From Dehalococcoidia bacterium (GTDB taxonomy: Bacteria; Chloroflexota; Dehalococcoidia; DSTF01; JACRBR01): 64,000 nucleotides of DNA. Where the stretch lies: the NCBI GenBank assembly GCA_040902535.1, contig JBBDXD010000022.1, positions 220,823 through 284,822 of the forward strand. The letters are read 5' to 3'. This document shows, piece after piece, positions 37,758 to 47,306 of the stretch; within the stretch, counting starts at the first letter, position 1; every line of letters starts with the position of its first letter. Both the position numbers and the translations under genes were made by a program. Under the pieces are notes generated by a model. It ran no database searches. It saw only the letters and a list, made by a program, of their open reading frames with translations, and was not told the DNA's origin.

Positions 37758-38510
37758 ATGTCCGGTCACTCAAAATGGTCCTCGATCAAGCGCGCCAAGG
37801 GCGTCGCCGATGCGCAGCGCGGCCAGCTCTTCACCAAGCTCTCCAAGGAGATCATCATTTCCGCGAAGCAGGGCGGCGGCGATCCGGCAGCGAACTTCCG
37901 GCTCCGCCTCGCCGTGCAGAAGGCCAAAGAAGCAAACATGCCGAACGAAAACATCGACCGCGCGATCAAGCGCGGCGCCGGCGGCGGTGATGGCGCCGAC
38001 AACATCGATGAGATCGTGTACGAAGGCTACGGGCCGCACGGCACAGCCGTCATCGTCGAAGCGGCGACCGACAACCGTAATCGCACCGTCGCGGAAGTGC
38101 GCAACGTCTTCACACGCGCCGGCGGCAGCCTCGGCGAGACGGGCTCGGTCGGCTGGAACTTCGAGATGCGCGGCGTCGTCAGCGTGTCGCCGAACGGCAA
38201 AGACGCCGACGACCTCGCACTGCTCGCGATCGACGCCGGCGCCGATGACGTGCAGGTCGCCGGCGACAGCATCGATGTCTACACGCAACCGGGCGACCTC
38301 GAGAGCGTACGAAGGGCACTCGAGGACAACGGCCTCGACGTGGCGTCCGCCGAGACGCAGCGGGTGCCGAAGACCACCGTCCAGCTCGATGAGTCAGCCG
38401 CCATCCAGACGATGCGCTTCATCGAACGGCTCGAATCGCTCGATGATGTGCAGAAGGTCTACTTCAACGCCGAGTTCAGCGACGCGGTCTTCGCCGCGCT
38501 CGCGAGCTGA
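37758..38510 (+). CDS. yebC: YebC/PmpR family protein
   Basis: MSGHSKW..IK..K, YEGYGP.G and TDNRNRT. Confidence 0.97.
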   Translation: MSGHSKWSSIKRAKGVADAQRGQLFTKLSKEIIISAKQGGGDPAANFRLRLAVQKAKEANMPNENIDRAIKRGAGGGDGADNIDEIVYEGYGPHGTAVIVEAATDNRNRTVAEVRNVFTRAGGSLGETGSVGWNFEMRGVVSVSPNGKDADDLALLAIDAGADDVQVAGDSIDVYTQPGDLESVRRALEDNGLDVASAETQRVPKTTVQLDESAAIQTMRFIERLESLDDVQKVYFNAEFSDAVFAALAS

Positions 38511-38515
38511 CGGCG

Positions 38516-39028
38516 GTGGCTGCCGCCGGCGTCCCGCAGGTCATCCTTGGCATCGATCCCGGCACGCGCGTCACGGGCTGGGGCGTCATCACGCTTGAAG
38601 GCGATGAGCCGCGCAGCGCCGAGTGCGGCGTCATCACCCCGAAGCAACGGCTGCCCATCGAGCAGCGCCTGCATCACATCTTCTCCGAACTCGGCGATGT
38701 CATCGCGCGCTTCCAGCCGCATGTCATGGCCGTCGAAGAGCCGTTCGTGGGTACGAACGTCCGCTCCGCGATGGCGATCGGCGAGGCGCGTACCGTCGCC
38801 ATGCTCGCGGCGACGCTGGCCGGGCTGCAGTTGCGCCATTACGCGCCGGCCCGCATCAAGCAGATGGTCGCCGGGTACGGGCAGGGCGACAAGGAGCAGG
38901 TACGCCACATGCTGCGCCTCCACCTGCGCCTCGACCATGCCCCGGATGACCTCAACGCCAGCGACGCCCTCGCCGTCGCGCTGTGCCACGCGATGTGCGC
39001 CCGTGAAGAGGCGCTGCTCGCCCGATAG
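38516..39028 (+). CDS. ruvC: Holliday junction resolvase RuvC
   Basis: ILGIDPG..VTGWG, AVEEPF, IK..V.GYG..DK.QV and DALAVALCH. Confidence 0.95.
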   Translation: MAAAGVPQVILGIDPGTRVTGWGVITLEGDEPRSAECGVITPKQRLPIEQRLHHIFSELGDVIARFQPHVMAVEEPFVGTNVRSAMAIGEARTVAMLAATLAGLQLRHYAPARIKQMVAGYGQGDKEQVRHMLRLHLRLDHAPDDLNASDALAVALCHAMCAREEALLAR

Positions 39029-39149
39029 CCCCTTGAAACGCCCGTTCCAGATTCGGACCTGACTTCTCGATGCCCGCTGGGTAATGCTTATCGGGGTCGG
39101 GCGTTCTATTCAGTGAACGGCCCGAAACACCCGAATCGAGGACTCACCG

Positions 39150-39656
39150 ATGGCTCTCCTTCCCGCACTGAACGGCACCCGCGCCCTCTCGACGCTGATG
39201 ATCGCGGCGTTCGCGGGCATGGCGCTGTGGATGTTCGTTCCCGCGCTCTCCAGCTCCAGCTTCGGCGGCGACGGGAGCGGCAGCGGTACGGACAACGGCG
39301 CGCTCCCGGCAGCGCTCAAAGTCGATGGTGAGGTGCAAGCGGCGAGCCACGACGACGTCGTGACGCGACTGATCGTGCCGCTGGCGGTGCGCGGAGACCA
39401 GGGCATCGACCTCGGCGCCGATTTCGATCTGCGCGCCGAGACCGTCATGGGCGTCGGCGCCTCGGCGGCCGTGCCGGCGGCCTACGCCATCGAATGGCTC
39501 GGCGGCAACGGCGACAGCATCCTTGACCCCGGCGAGAAGGCGGTCATGACTGTCGACCTGCCGGAACCGTCGAGCGTACATCCCGGCAACCCGCTGCGGC
39601 TGGTGCTGAAGCCGGCGCACGGCGTCAACCTCGTGATCGAGGACGTGTTGAACTAA
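39150..39656 (+). CDS. Archaellin (archaeal flagellin)-like protein
   Basis: GD.ILDPGEK..+TVDL....LRL.LKP..G..L.I C-terminus and L.V.G.V.A...+..+I+.L......IDL middle, after a short basic-hydrophobic N-terminus. Confidence 0.62.
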   Translation: MALLPALNGTRALSTLMIAAFAGMALWMFVPALSSSSFGGDGSGSGTDNGALPAALKVDGEVQAASHDDVVTRLIVPLAVRGDQGIDLGADFDLRAETVMGVGASAAVPAAYAIEWLGGNGDSILDPGEKAVMTVDLPEPSSVHPGNPLRLVLKPAHGVNLVIEDVLN

Positions 39657-39680
39657 GTAATCCCCCTGGCGGCACCTGGT

Positions 39681-39705
39681 GAAGGGGCGCGATAAGCGCC
39701 CCTTC
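39681..39705. terminator. Perfect hairpin between convergent genes
   Basis: GAAGGGGCGC-gataa-GCGCCCCTTC. Confidence 0.65.
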
Positions 39706-39736
39706 GTGCTGCCCTGTGCGTACCTGGTATGCCACG

Positions 39737-40297
39737 TCAGCGAGCGCGCCCGACATGTCGCAGATACATCAGCAACCCCGCGATGCTCTTCGCGTCGCAA
39801 ACATCGCCGCGGTCGATGAGGTCGAGCGCGTCAGCGAGCGGCACGCGTTCCAGGCGCAGGCCTTCGTCTTCATCGGCGTCCAGCGCGTCTTCGACGAGAT
39901 CCGTCGCGGCGAAGATGTGTTGATACTCCTCCGAGTAACCCGGCGCCAAAAACATGCCGCCGATGCGCGCGAGCGTGCCACGGTGCCCCGTCTCCTCGCG
40001 CAACTCGCGCTGAGCAGCGGCCTCCGGTGCCGCGTCGTCATCGTCCATGCCGCCGGCGGGTAACTCGAGCAACCAGGCGCCGGCGGCGTGCCGGTATTGT
40101 CGCACCATCAGCAGCTTTCCGTCGGCATCGACCGGTACGAGCACGACCGCCACACCGTACTCGACGATCTCGCGGCGATGCGTCGCGCCGTCCGGCAGCT
40201 CCAGCGTATCGACGCGCAGGCCGATCATGCGCCCGTCGAAGATCTTCTCGCTGGCCACCACGCGTGGAACGGCGAGGTCCTGGTGCGGCTGGTTCAC
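39737..40297 (-). CDS. NUDIX hydrolase (ADP-ribose pyrophosphatase-like)
   Basis: VRQYR, LELPAG and A.RELREETG. GTG 40297 overlaps the upstream stop. Confidence 0.92.
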   Translation of the reverse strand: MNQPHQDLAVPRVVASEKIFDGRMIGLRVDTLELPDGATHRREIVEYGVAVVLVPVDADGKLLMVRQYRHAAGAWLLELPAGGMDDDDAAPEAAAQRELREETGHRGTLARIGGMFLAPGYSEEYQHIFAATDLVEDALDADEDEGLRLERVPLADALDLIDRGDVCDAKSIAGLLMYLRHVGRAR

Positions 40298-40770
40298 GCG
40301 TTCACCGGCCGCACCATCGCGATCTCGTTGCAGCCGGGGAACTTGGGGCAGCGGTAGCATTCGCCCCACACCTTGCGCGGCAGCGTCATCACGTCGGCCT
40401 GGCTGAAGCCGAGTTTCTCGAAGAAGCCCGGGCGGTACGTCAGCGCGAACGCCGTCGTCAGCCCGAGTTGACGCGCTTCATCGACGCACGCTTCGACGAT
40501 GCGCTGCCCGAGGCCGAGCCCCTGCATGTCTTCCCGCACTGCGAGTGACTTGATCTCGCCCAGGTCCTCCCAGAGGATGTGCAGCCCGCCGCACGCCATC
40601 GTTTCGCCGGCATCGTCGCGCACGACGTAGAAGTCACGCAGGTTCTGGTAGACCTCGGCCATCGTACGGGGCAGCATCTCGCCACGCCTCGCGAATGTGT
40701 TCACCAGGTCGCAGATCGCTTTCGCATCGGCGATCGATGCGCGAACCAGTTGATGCGTGGAGGTCGCCAT
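40294..40770 (-). CDS. argA: Short-form N-acetylglutamate synthase (GNAT)
   Basis: MLPR, LHILWEDLGEI+SLAV and LP.KVW.EC..CPKF..CNE. Confidence 0.82.
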   Translation of the reverse strand: MATSTHQLVRASIADAKAICDLVNTFARRGEMLPRTMAEVYQNLRDFYVVRDDAGETMACGGLHILWEDLGEIKSLAVREDMQGLGLGQRIVEACVDEARQLGLTTAFALTYRPGFFEKLGFSQADVMTLPRKVWGECYRCPKFPGCNEIAMVRPVNA

Positions 40771-40849
40771 GGCATTGTCCCAAGATCGATGAAGCGGGCC
40801 TGCGCCCGCTCCGCCACTGTACCCGTTTTCGCGGCCGTCCGGCGAGCCG

Positions 40850-41707
40850 TTACTCGCTCAGCCAGTTCAATCGCCGCCCGACGCGCAGGTAGAAGTCGCC
40901 GGGCGGACCGAGCCGCAGGAATCGCGCTGCGTGCTCGCTCGTCCGTACCTTCACGACGTCGCCGCCCCCGAGATCCCAGTCGGGCTGCCCGTCGACGCTC
41001 AAGATGCCCATCTGGCCCTCCGCGATCTCGACTTCGACGAGCGACCCGCCGGGCAGGACGACGCTGTTCGCCGGCGCCAGGTGCGGCGCCACCGGCGTGA
41101 TCAGCAGTTCGCGCGACTCCGGGTGCAAGATCGGCCCGCCGACACTCAGCGTGTAGGCAGTGCTGCCCGTCGCCGTAGCGATGATGATGCCGTCGGCGCG
41201 ATAGTTGCCGATCGGCGTGTGGTCCGTGCGCACCGTCACCTGCACCGTGCGGCCGATCGTGCGCCGCCCGACGACGACGTCGTTGAGCGCGTGAAAGCCG
41301 CTTCGCACCTCCTCGCCGGCGCGAATCATCTCCGCCTCGAGCATCGCGCGGGTCTCGATGCGGCCGGCGCCGCCGACGATCTCCTCGAGCCGCGGCATCA
41401 ACGCCTCGAACGTCATCTCCGTCAGGAAGCCGATCCGCCCCAGGTTGACGCCGAGCAGCGTCACGGGATGGGGAATGACGGCGCGCGCCGCCCGCAGGAC
41501 GGTGCCGTCGCCGCCGCACGTGAGCAGCAGGCCGGTGCCGCGGACGTGCTTCTCGTGCGCTTCGTCGTCCCACGCCGAGGCCAGCCAGACTTCGCGCACC
41601 ATCGGTTCGAGGCGTGCGTGAATGTCACCGGCGCAGCGCCGCGCCAGGTCCGACTTCGGGTGATACGTGACGCCGATCTTGTCCATGTCGTGCCGCTCGG
41701 CGGTCAA
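40850..41707 (-). CDS. nadK: NAD kinase
   Basis: GGDGT, GVNLG.+GFL, NDV, ADG.IIAT.TGSTAY.LS.GGP. Confidence 0.96.
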   Translation of the reverse strand: MTAERHDMDKIGVTYHPKSDLARRCAGDIHARLEPMVREVWLASAWDDEAHEKHVRGTGLLLTCGGDGTVLRAARAVIPHPVTLLGVNLGRIGFLTEMTFEALMPRLEEIVGGAGRIETRAMLEAEMIRAGEEVRSGFHALNDVVVGRRTIGRTVQVTVRTDHTPIGNYRADGIIIATATGSTAYTLSVGGPILHPESRELLITPVAPHLAPANSVVLPGGSLVEVEIAEGQMGILSVDGQPDWDLGGGDVVKVRTSEHAARFLRLGPPGDFYLRVGRRLNWLSE

Positions 41708-41768
41708 GCTGCCGTCTGCCAGCGTTCATGTTCCGATGCACAACGATAGCACGCGGCAGAGGGCGCAC

Positions 41769-42455
41769 TCAGGGCTGCTTCCCTAGGCGTTCCGCGATCT
41801 CCAGGTAGTGCTCCCACGCGTGCTCGAGCATGCGGCGCACCGCCGCGCGGGCGCTCCACGGCGACTGCCCGCGCATGATCACCCCACGACGCTCGTCGGC
41901 ATCCATCGACCGCAGGCGCGCTAGTTCGAGCGCATGCAGACGGTCGAGCGCGTCGAGCGGGTCGATCTTGCCTTCGTCCGCCTCACGCTGAATGCGGGAT
42001 GCGCCTGTGACGCTGCGGAGGTAGCCGCCCTCGGAGCAGACATGAACGAGGATGCGGCGGATCGCGCGGCCTTTGGCGGGCGCGGCGTCGAGCTTGCGCC
42101 GGTCGACGCCGGACGTGATGCGGCGCAATTCGCCGTGCAGCGCATCCAGCCGCTGCATCAGCTTGTCGCTTTCGCGCGGCGGCAGCGGCTGCGCGTCCGT
42201 CGGCAGGAAGCGGCTGCCCAGGAAGCCGCCCTCCGTGGTGTGCTCAATGACCTTTGTGCGGATCTGGTCGCCTGGATCGACGGCCTCACCGGCTCGCGCC
42301 ATGAAGCGCAGGTAGGCGCGGATGACGTCCGGCGTGGCGTCGAGCGCCGCCTCGGTCGTCGCGGCGTTCAGCATGCACCCCATGAGTTCCGGGACGTGGA
42401 CGTACGTCGTCTTCATCTGCGGTCCGGACTCCAGGTAGAGTTTGTAGGTCTTCAT
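41769..42455 (-). CDS. HicB-like N-terminal domain fused to a DinB-like domain
   Basis: Y...LE...VPEL.GC...A.T.E.AL...I..YL, then IL.H...RR.LEH.WEH. ATG 42455 coupled to tlyA. Confidence 0.65.
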   Translation of the reverse strand: MKTYKLYLESGPQMKTTYVHVPELMGCMLNAATTEAALDATPDVIRAYLRFMARAGEAVDPGDQIRTKVIEHTTEGGFLGSRFLPTDAQPLPPRESDKLMQRLDALHGELRRITSGVDRRKLDAAPAKGRAIRRILVHVCSEGGYLRSVTGASRIQREADEGKIDPLDALDRLHALELARLRSMDADERRGVIMRGQSPWSARAAVRRMLEHAWEHYLEIAERLGKQP

Positions 42456-43192
42456 GCAGGGGTCTCCAGGTGCAGGAAGAACTCCCGGTTGCCCGCCGGC
42501 CCGAGCAGCGGCGACGTCGTCACGCCCCGCACGCGCAGCCCGTGATTCACCGCCCACCACGCCGCGCGGCCGATCACCGTCGCGTGCGTCAGCGGATCCC
42601 GCACGACGCCGTCACGGCCGACGTCGTCCTTGCCCGCTTCGAACTGCGGCTTCACAAGCGCGACGATCGGGGCGCCGCCCGCAAGCGCGGCGATCACCGG
42701 CGGCAGCGCCCGCGTCAGCGAGATGAAAGACACGTCGATGGTTGCCAACCGCGGCTGCTCCGGCAACGCCGGCAGGTCGCGCACGTGCGTGCGCTCCATC
42801 ACGACGACGCGAGCGTCGTCGCGCAGCCGCTGGTCGAGTTGCCCGTAGCCGACGTCGACGGCAAACACGCGCGATGCGCCGCGTTGGAGCAGCACATGGG
42901 TGAAGCCGCCGGTCGATGCGCCGACATCAAGCGCACAGACGCCATCGACGGCGATGCCGAACACGTCGAGGGCGTGGTCGAGCTTCTCACCGCCGCGGCT
43001 GACAAATCGCGGCGGCTGCGCCACTTCGATCGTCGCGTCCGCCGCCACCGCCACCGACGCCCGCTTCTCCGCCTGGCCGGCGACCCGCACGTCGCCGGCG
43101 AGGATCATCGCCTGCGCCTTCTCACGCGACACGGCCAGCCCCCGTTCGACGAGGGCCACGTCGAGCCGCTGCTTCCTGGGATTTGTCGCCAT
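42452..43192 (-). CDS. tlyA: TlyA family rRNA methyltransferase
   Basis: RLD..LVERGL, FVSRGGEKL, DVGASTGGFT, DVSFISL and LVKPQFE. ATG 43192. Confidence 0.96.
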   Translation of the reverse strand: MATNPRKQRLDVALVERGLAVSREKAQAMILAGDVRVAGQAEKRASVAVAADATIEVAQPPRFVSRGGEKLDHALDVFGIAVDGVCALDVGASTGGFTHVLLQRGASRVFAVDVGYGQLDQRLRDDARVVVMERTHVRDLPALPEQPRLATIDVSFISLTRALPPVIAALAGGAPIVALVKPQFEAGKDDVGRDGVVRDPLTHATVIGRAAWWAVNHGLRVRGVTTSPLLGPAGNREFFLHLETPA

Positions 43193-43309
43193 ACTGCGCA
43201 TTGTCCGCGAAATTCGCACCCTGCCGCGAACGCGCTCTGCCGTTCGCGAAACCTCGCTCGTTAACCTTTCTCCGCGCCGCGGCGTTCTTTACGTGGAGGC
43301 GCACCGCAT

Positions 43310-44545
43310 ATGTGGAGAATCGTCGTTGGTCTTGCATTCGTCATGGTGGCGCCGCTGCTCGGCGTCGCAGACACGGGTTCCGCTCACGAGTTCAACGCGC
43401 CCGAGGTGAGCGTACAGATCTCGGACCGTACGCCGGGCGGGCACCCCGATCTTCAGACGACTATCCGGCTCGATGAGGGCGCGACCTTCGACGAGGTGCG
43501 CGTCGTCGGGCCGCCCGGCGGGTCGATCGCCGCCGACCTCGACATCCCGGACGGCGCCATCGTCGGCCGGCTCGACGGCGTCGCGACGACGAACGCGATC
43601 ACGCTGCCCGACTGCGGCGTCACGTCGCCGTTCGCCGTGACGATCCGAGAGGCGACGACGGAGAGCAATTCACCGGACTACCCTCCGTACCTGAACGAAC
43701 TGGCGCCGGGCAAGCATCGCCTGCGACTCGTCGCCGATGTCTCGCCGTCGCCGGACGTGCCTGTCCTCATCAACTACCTCTTCGAGATCGACGAGGTCTC
43801 CGGCTCCGTCATCAGCCACACGATCGTCGGCAACCCGCTCGCGCCGCCGCCGCAGTTTCGCACGTGCACACCGTCGACGAGCACCGTGACGCTGTTCGGC
43901 GTCAGCCCGGTCGGATACGTGCTGCTCACGAACCCCGACCCGGCGCCCCAAACACCGTTGCCGTTCACGTACACATTCACGAGCCGCCCCGATGACGACG
44001 GCCACCGCCACGAAGAGACCGTCGAAGCCACGGCGGCAGTCGGTGCGATCGACCGTGGCGAGCCGCCGCCACCGCCGCGCGATCTGCGACTCTTGCTCTT
44101 CGGTGTCACCGGCCGCCTCGAGTGGGCTCATGATGGCCCTGTCGAGTCGTTTGTGGTCGAAGTGCTCACGACGAACCTCACCGGCGAAGGTCATCAGATC
44201 CTCGAGCCGTTCAGCGTGCCCGGCAGCGAGCGTTCGTTCTTCATCGACACGCCTCAACTGCCGTCCGGTTGCGATGAGTCGGTGTTCTACCGCGTGGCGG
44301 CCGTCTACGCAGGCGGTACGGGCACGTTCACCGCGACCGAACCGATCAGCGCCTGCGTCGAAGGGCCGGAGAACCCGTCGCCGCCCGTCACGCCGCCCCT
44401 CACGCCGCCTGATGCGGGCCTTACGCCGCCCGACGCCGGCAGCGGCCCCGCCCGCGCGGACCTCACGCCGGCGATCGTCGCGGCGCTGCTCGCGCTTGTC
44501 GGCAGCGGCGCGGCGCTGGCCGGACTGACGTCGAGACGGCGCTAG
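43310..44545 (+). CDS. Secreted/surface protein with C-terminal membrane anchor
   Basis: N-terminal signal peptide, beta-rich body, Pro-rich linker, hydrophobic helix and RRR tail. Confidence 0.75.
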   Translation: MWRIVVGLAFVMVAPLLGVADTGSAHEFNAPEVSVQISDRTPGGHPDLQTTIRLDEGATFDEVRVVGPPGGSIAADLDIPDGAIVGRLDGVATTNAITLPDCGVTSPFAVTIREATTESNSPDYPPYLNELAPGKHRLRLVADVSPSPDVPVLINYLFEIDEVSGSVISHTIVGNPLAPPPQFRTCTPSTSTVTLFGVSPVGYVLLTNPDPAPQTPLPFTYTFTSRPDDDGHRHEETVEATAAVGAIDRGEPPPPPRDLRLLLFGVTGRLEWAHDGPVESFVVEVLTTNLTGEGHQILEPFSVPGSERSFFIDTPQLPSGCDESVFYRVAAVYAGGTGTFTATEPISACVEGPENPSPPVTPPLTPPDAGLTPPDAGSGPARADLTPAIVAALLALVGSGAALAGLTSRRR

Positions 44546-44572
44546 CGGTACGCCGTTGGCCACGTCGATCAA

Positions 44573-45304
44573 TCAGCGACCGTAGACGGACACGACGGTG
44601 CTGCCCATGGCGGTGTACGGGCTTCGGCTCCAGTCGTCCCAACGCTCCTTCAGGCGCAGCCCGGCGATCCGCGCCATCAGGTCAAGCTCGGCGGGCCACG
44701 CGTACCGCTGGACGACAGGGTTCAGCCGTATCCCTTCGCGCGAGAGGGTCACGTGGCTCTCGTCGAGCATCTGCGTGGCCGGCTCGTGCCGCAGCACGTC
44801 CAGGCGCACCTCGCCGACCTCGATTGCTTCTGCTTCGACGTACTGATCGTTCTGCAATCGGTAGAGCATGGCGGGCGAACCAGCCTCGATGACGAACGAG
44901 CCGTCCTCGGTGAGATGTGCGGCAACGTTCTCGAAGCAGCGCACCTCGTCGTCCTGCGTCAGCAGGTTGAACAGCGAGTTCCACACGACGTAGATCAATC
45001 GGTACGTGCCCGCGACCGGAACATCGGCGAAGTCGCCGATCGTGACGGCGATCTCGTCGCCACCGGGCTTGGCGTGTAGCTGCGCGACCATCGCCGGTGA
45101 GATGTCGACGCCGTCGACGCGGACCCCGCGAGCGGCGAGCGGCAGCGCGATCCGGCCGGCGCCGATAGCGAGTTCCAGAGCGGGGCCTTCTCCCGCCAGC
45201 TTTTCCAGGAACGCGACGGCCGCAACCTCATCGCCGCGTTGCGCGTCGCCGTACATGCCGGCGACGTCCTCGCCGAAACTCATGACCGGCTCGTAGTCCT
45301 TCAT
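44573..45304 (-). CDS. Class I SAM-dependent methyltransferase
   Basis: LELAIGAGRIA and GVDISP.M motifs. Confidence 0.9.
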   Translation of the reverse strand: MKDYEPVMSFGEDVAGMYGDAQRGDEVAAVAFLEKLAGEGPALELAIGAGRIALPLAARGVRVDGVDISPAMVAQLHAKPGGDEIAVTIGDFADVPVAGTYRLIYVVWNSLFNLLTQDDEVRCFENVAAHLTEDGSFVIEAGSPAMLYRLQNDQYVEAEAIEVGEVRLDVLRHEPATQMLDESHVTLSREGIRLNPVVQRYAWPAELDLMARIAGLRLKERWDDWSRSPYTAMGSTVVSVYGR

Positions 45305-45320
45305 GGCATCCTCCAGTGCG

Positions 45321-47306
45321 TTAGACCCGCCGCAACACGTGCAGCAGGTACTCTTTGCGGTCGAGCGGACTGTGGTCCGTCCGCGGGCGCGTCGGGACCG
45401 TGCCGCTCACCGGTTCGTAGCGGTCGAAGACGCACTCCAGCGCTCCTTCGCCGCGCGTGAGTGTGCGCAGCTCTTGCTGCAACTCGTGGATGCGCGCTGC
45501 GGGAATATCGCCCTTCAGCACGTACGACGACCCTCGCTTCTCTTGTGATTGGGGGACGGCACGCAGCCGCGCCAGTACCGGCGCCGTGGCCCGAAACGTG
45601 TCCGCCGGAATCTCGAGATGGAAGCGCTGGACCGGCTCGTAGACCATGGTCCCCGCCTGTTGCAGCGCGTTGAGCAGCACCAGCGGCGTCAGTCCGCGGA
45701 AGTCAGCGCCGGTGCTCGACATGCTCTTGTTAAAGGGTTGATGGCCCAGGCTATGCCGCCCCGCGTAGCCGGAATGCGTCATGGTCACGGTGCAGTCAAC
45801 GACCTGCCATCCGTAGACCCCCTGGTGCAGCGTCGCCATCACGGTGTCCTCGACCGCCTTGAAGAACGCGAGCGGCATCGTCCCCAGCACCTCGGCTGCG
45901 AGCCTGAACTCGACGCCTGCGCCGACCGGGGCCGGCTCTACGCGCAGCCCGATGGTCGCGAGAAACGGATTGTGCCGCCCGCGCATGAATTCCGCCGCCG
46001 CACCGATTCCGGTCGGCCGTTCGATGCAGATCGTCGTCGTTTCGCGGAAGTCGACGTCGATGTTGAAGTCGGCCGCCAGCGTCTCCTGGATGACCTCTTT
46101 CTGCACCTCACCGTACAGGGAGACGTACGTTTCCTGCCTGACATCGTCCTGCCGCAGGTTGATCAGCGGATCCTGCTCAGCGAGCTGTTCGAGCGCGACG
46201 CGGAGCGCGCCCTTGTCGGCGGCGCGCTGCGGGACGATCACCGTTTCCAGCGTCGGCGGCGCGAAATGATGCCGCTCGGCGTTTCGCGATATGCCGATCG
46301 CGTCGCCGATCTGGATGTCGCCGAGCCCCCAGAGCTTGCCGATTTGGCCCGCGGCGATAGACGCGCGCGTGACGGCCGAGCCGCGGTCGAACACGCTGAT
46401 CGCGGTCACCTTTCGCTCGTCGTTCCCGGCGGCAGGCAGCCGATCGCGCGTCCGTACCGTTCCCGAGAACATCCGGACGTACGAGATCCGCTCGCCGGCC
46501 GGTCCGCGTTCGACCTTGAATACGGTGCCCGAGACTGGGCCATCGACATCGCACTCGGCGGCGGGCAGCAACTCCGTGATGCCGGCGATCAGCGAGTCCA
46601 CGCCTGCTCCGGTGATCGCCGAGCCGAAGAACACCGGATGCGCGAGCGCCTGCCTGGTCTGCTCCGCCAGCTCGTCGCGGAGCCGGCAATACGACACTGC
46701 CGTCTCGTCGTCGACGAACGCTGCCAGGAATGCATCGTTGTGGTCGGCGAGCAGGTCAGCCAGCGTCGCGGCAAACGTAACGTCGGCTGCGCCATACGGC
46801 GTGAAGCCAGCACTGCGTGTGCCGGCGTCGCTTACCGTTCCCATGGCGATGATCGCCGGCGTCAGCTTTTCGGCGATGTCCTGCAGCACGCGTTGATCGT
46901 GTGCGCCGCCGCGGTCGATCTTGTTCACGAAGATGATGGTGGGAATGTGCAGACGTTGCAGCGTCCGCATAAGCACGCGGGTCTGCGCCTGCACGCCCTC
47001 GACGGCGGAGATCACGAGCACGGCGCCGTCGAGCACGCCCAACACGCGTTCCACCTCGGCGATGAAGTCCGGGTGGCCGGGTGTGTCGATCAGGTTGACG
47101 GTGACGTCATTGATGACGAACGACACGACGGCGGACTTGATCGTGATGCCGCGTTGCCGTTCGAGCGCCAGGGAATCGGTCTGCGTACTTCCGTCATCGA
47201 CGCTGCCGATCTCGTCGATGACGCCGGCTGCGTAGAGCAGCCGCTCGGTGAGGGTTGTCTTACCGGCGTCTACATGCGCCAAAATCCCAAGGTTCAACGT
47301 TCGCAT
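45321..47306 (-). CDS. TetM/TetO/OtrA-family ribosomal protection GTPase
   Basis: LNLGILAHVDAGKTTLTE, ERQRGITI, DTPGHPDF, NKID and YGEVQ.E. C-terminus TRPRTD.SPLDRKEYL. Confidence 0.9.
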   Translation of the reverse strand: MRTLNLGILAHVDAGKTTLTERLLYAAGVIDEIGSVDDGSTQTDSLALERQRGITIKSAVVSFVINDVTVNLIDTPGHPDFIAEVERVLGVLDGAVLVISAVEGVQAQTRVLMRTLQRLHIPTIIFVNKIDRGGAHDQRVLQDIAEKLTPAIIAMGTVSDAGTRSAGFTPYGAADVTFAATLADLLADHNDAFLAAFVDDETAVSYCRLRDELAEQTRQALAHPVFFGSAITGAGVDSLIAGITELLPAAECDVDGPVSGTVFKVERGPAGERISYVRMFSGTVRTRDRLPAAGNDERKVTAISVFDRGSAVTRASIAAGQIGKLWGLGDIQIGDAIGISRNAERHHFAPPTLETVIVPQRAADKGALRVALEQLAEQDPLINLRQDDVRQETYVSLYGEVQKEVIQETLAADFNIDVDFRETTTICIERPTGIGAAAEFMRGRHNPFLATIGLRVEPAPVGAGVEFRLAAEVLGTMPLAFFKAVEDTVMATLHQGVYGWQVVDCTVTMTHSGYAGRHSLGHQPFNKSMSSTGADFRGLTPLVLLNALQQAGTMVYEPVQRFHLEIPADTFRATAPVLARLRAVPQSQEKRGSSYVLKGDIPAARIHELQQELRTLTRGEGALECVFDRYEPVSGTVPTRPRTDHSPLDRKEYLLHVLRRV

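Noticed and set aside
39034-39055. LexA-box-like AAAC-N4-GTTC upstream of the archaellin-like gene
   Set aside because: A single imperfect match, expected by chance, with no supporting context.
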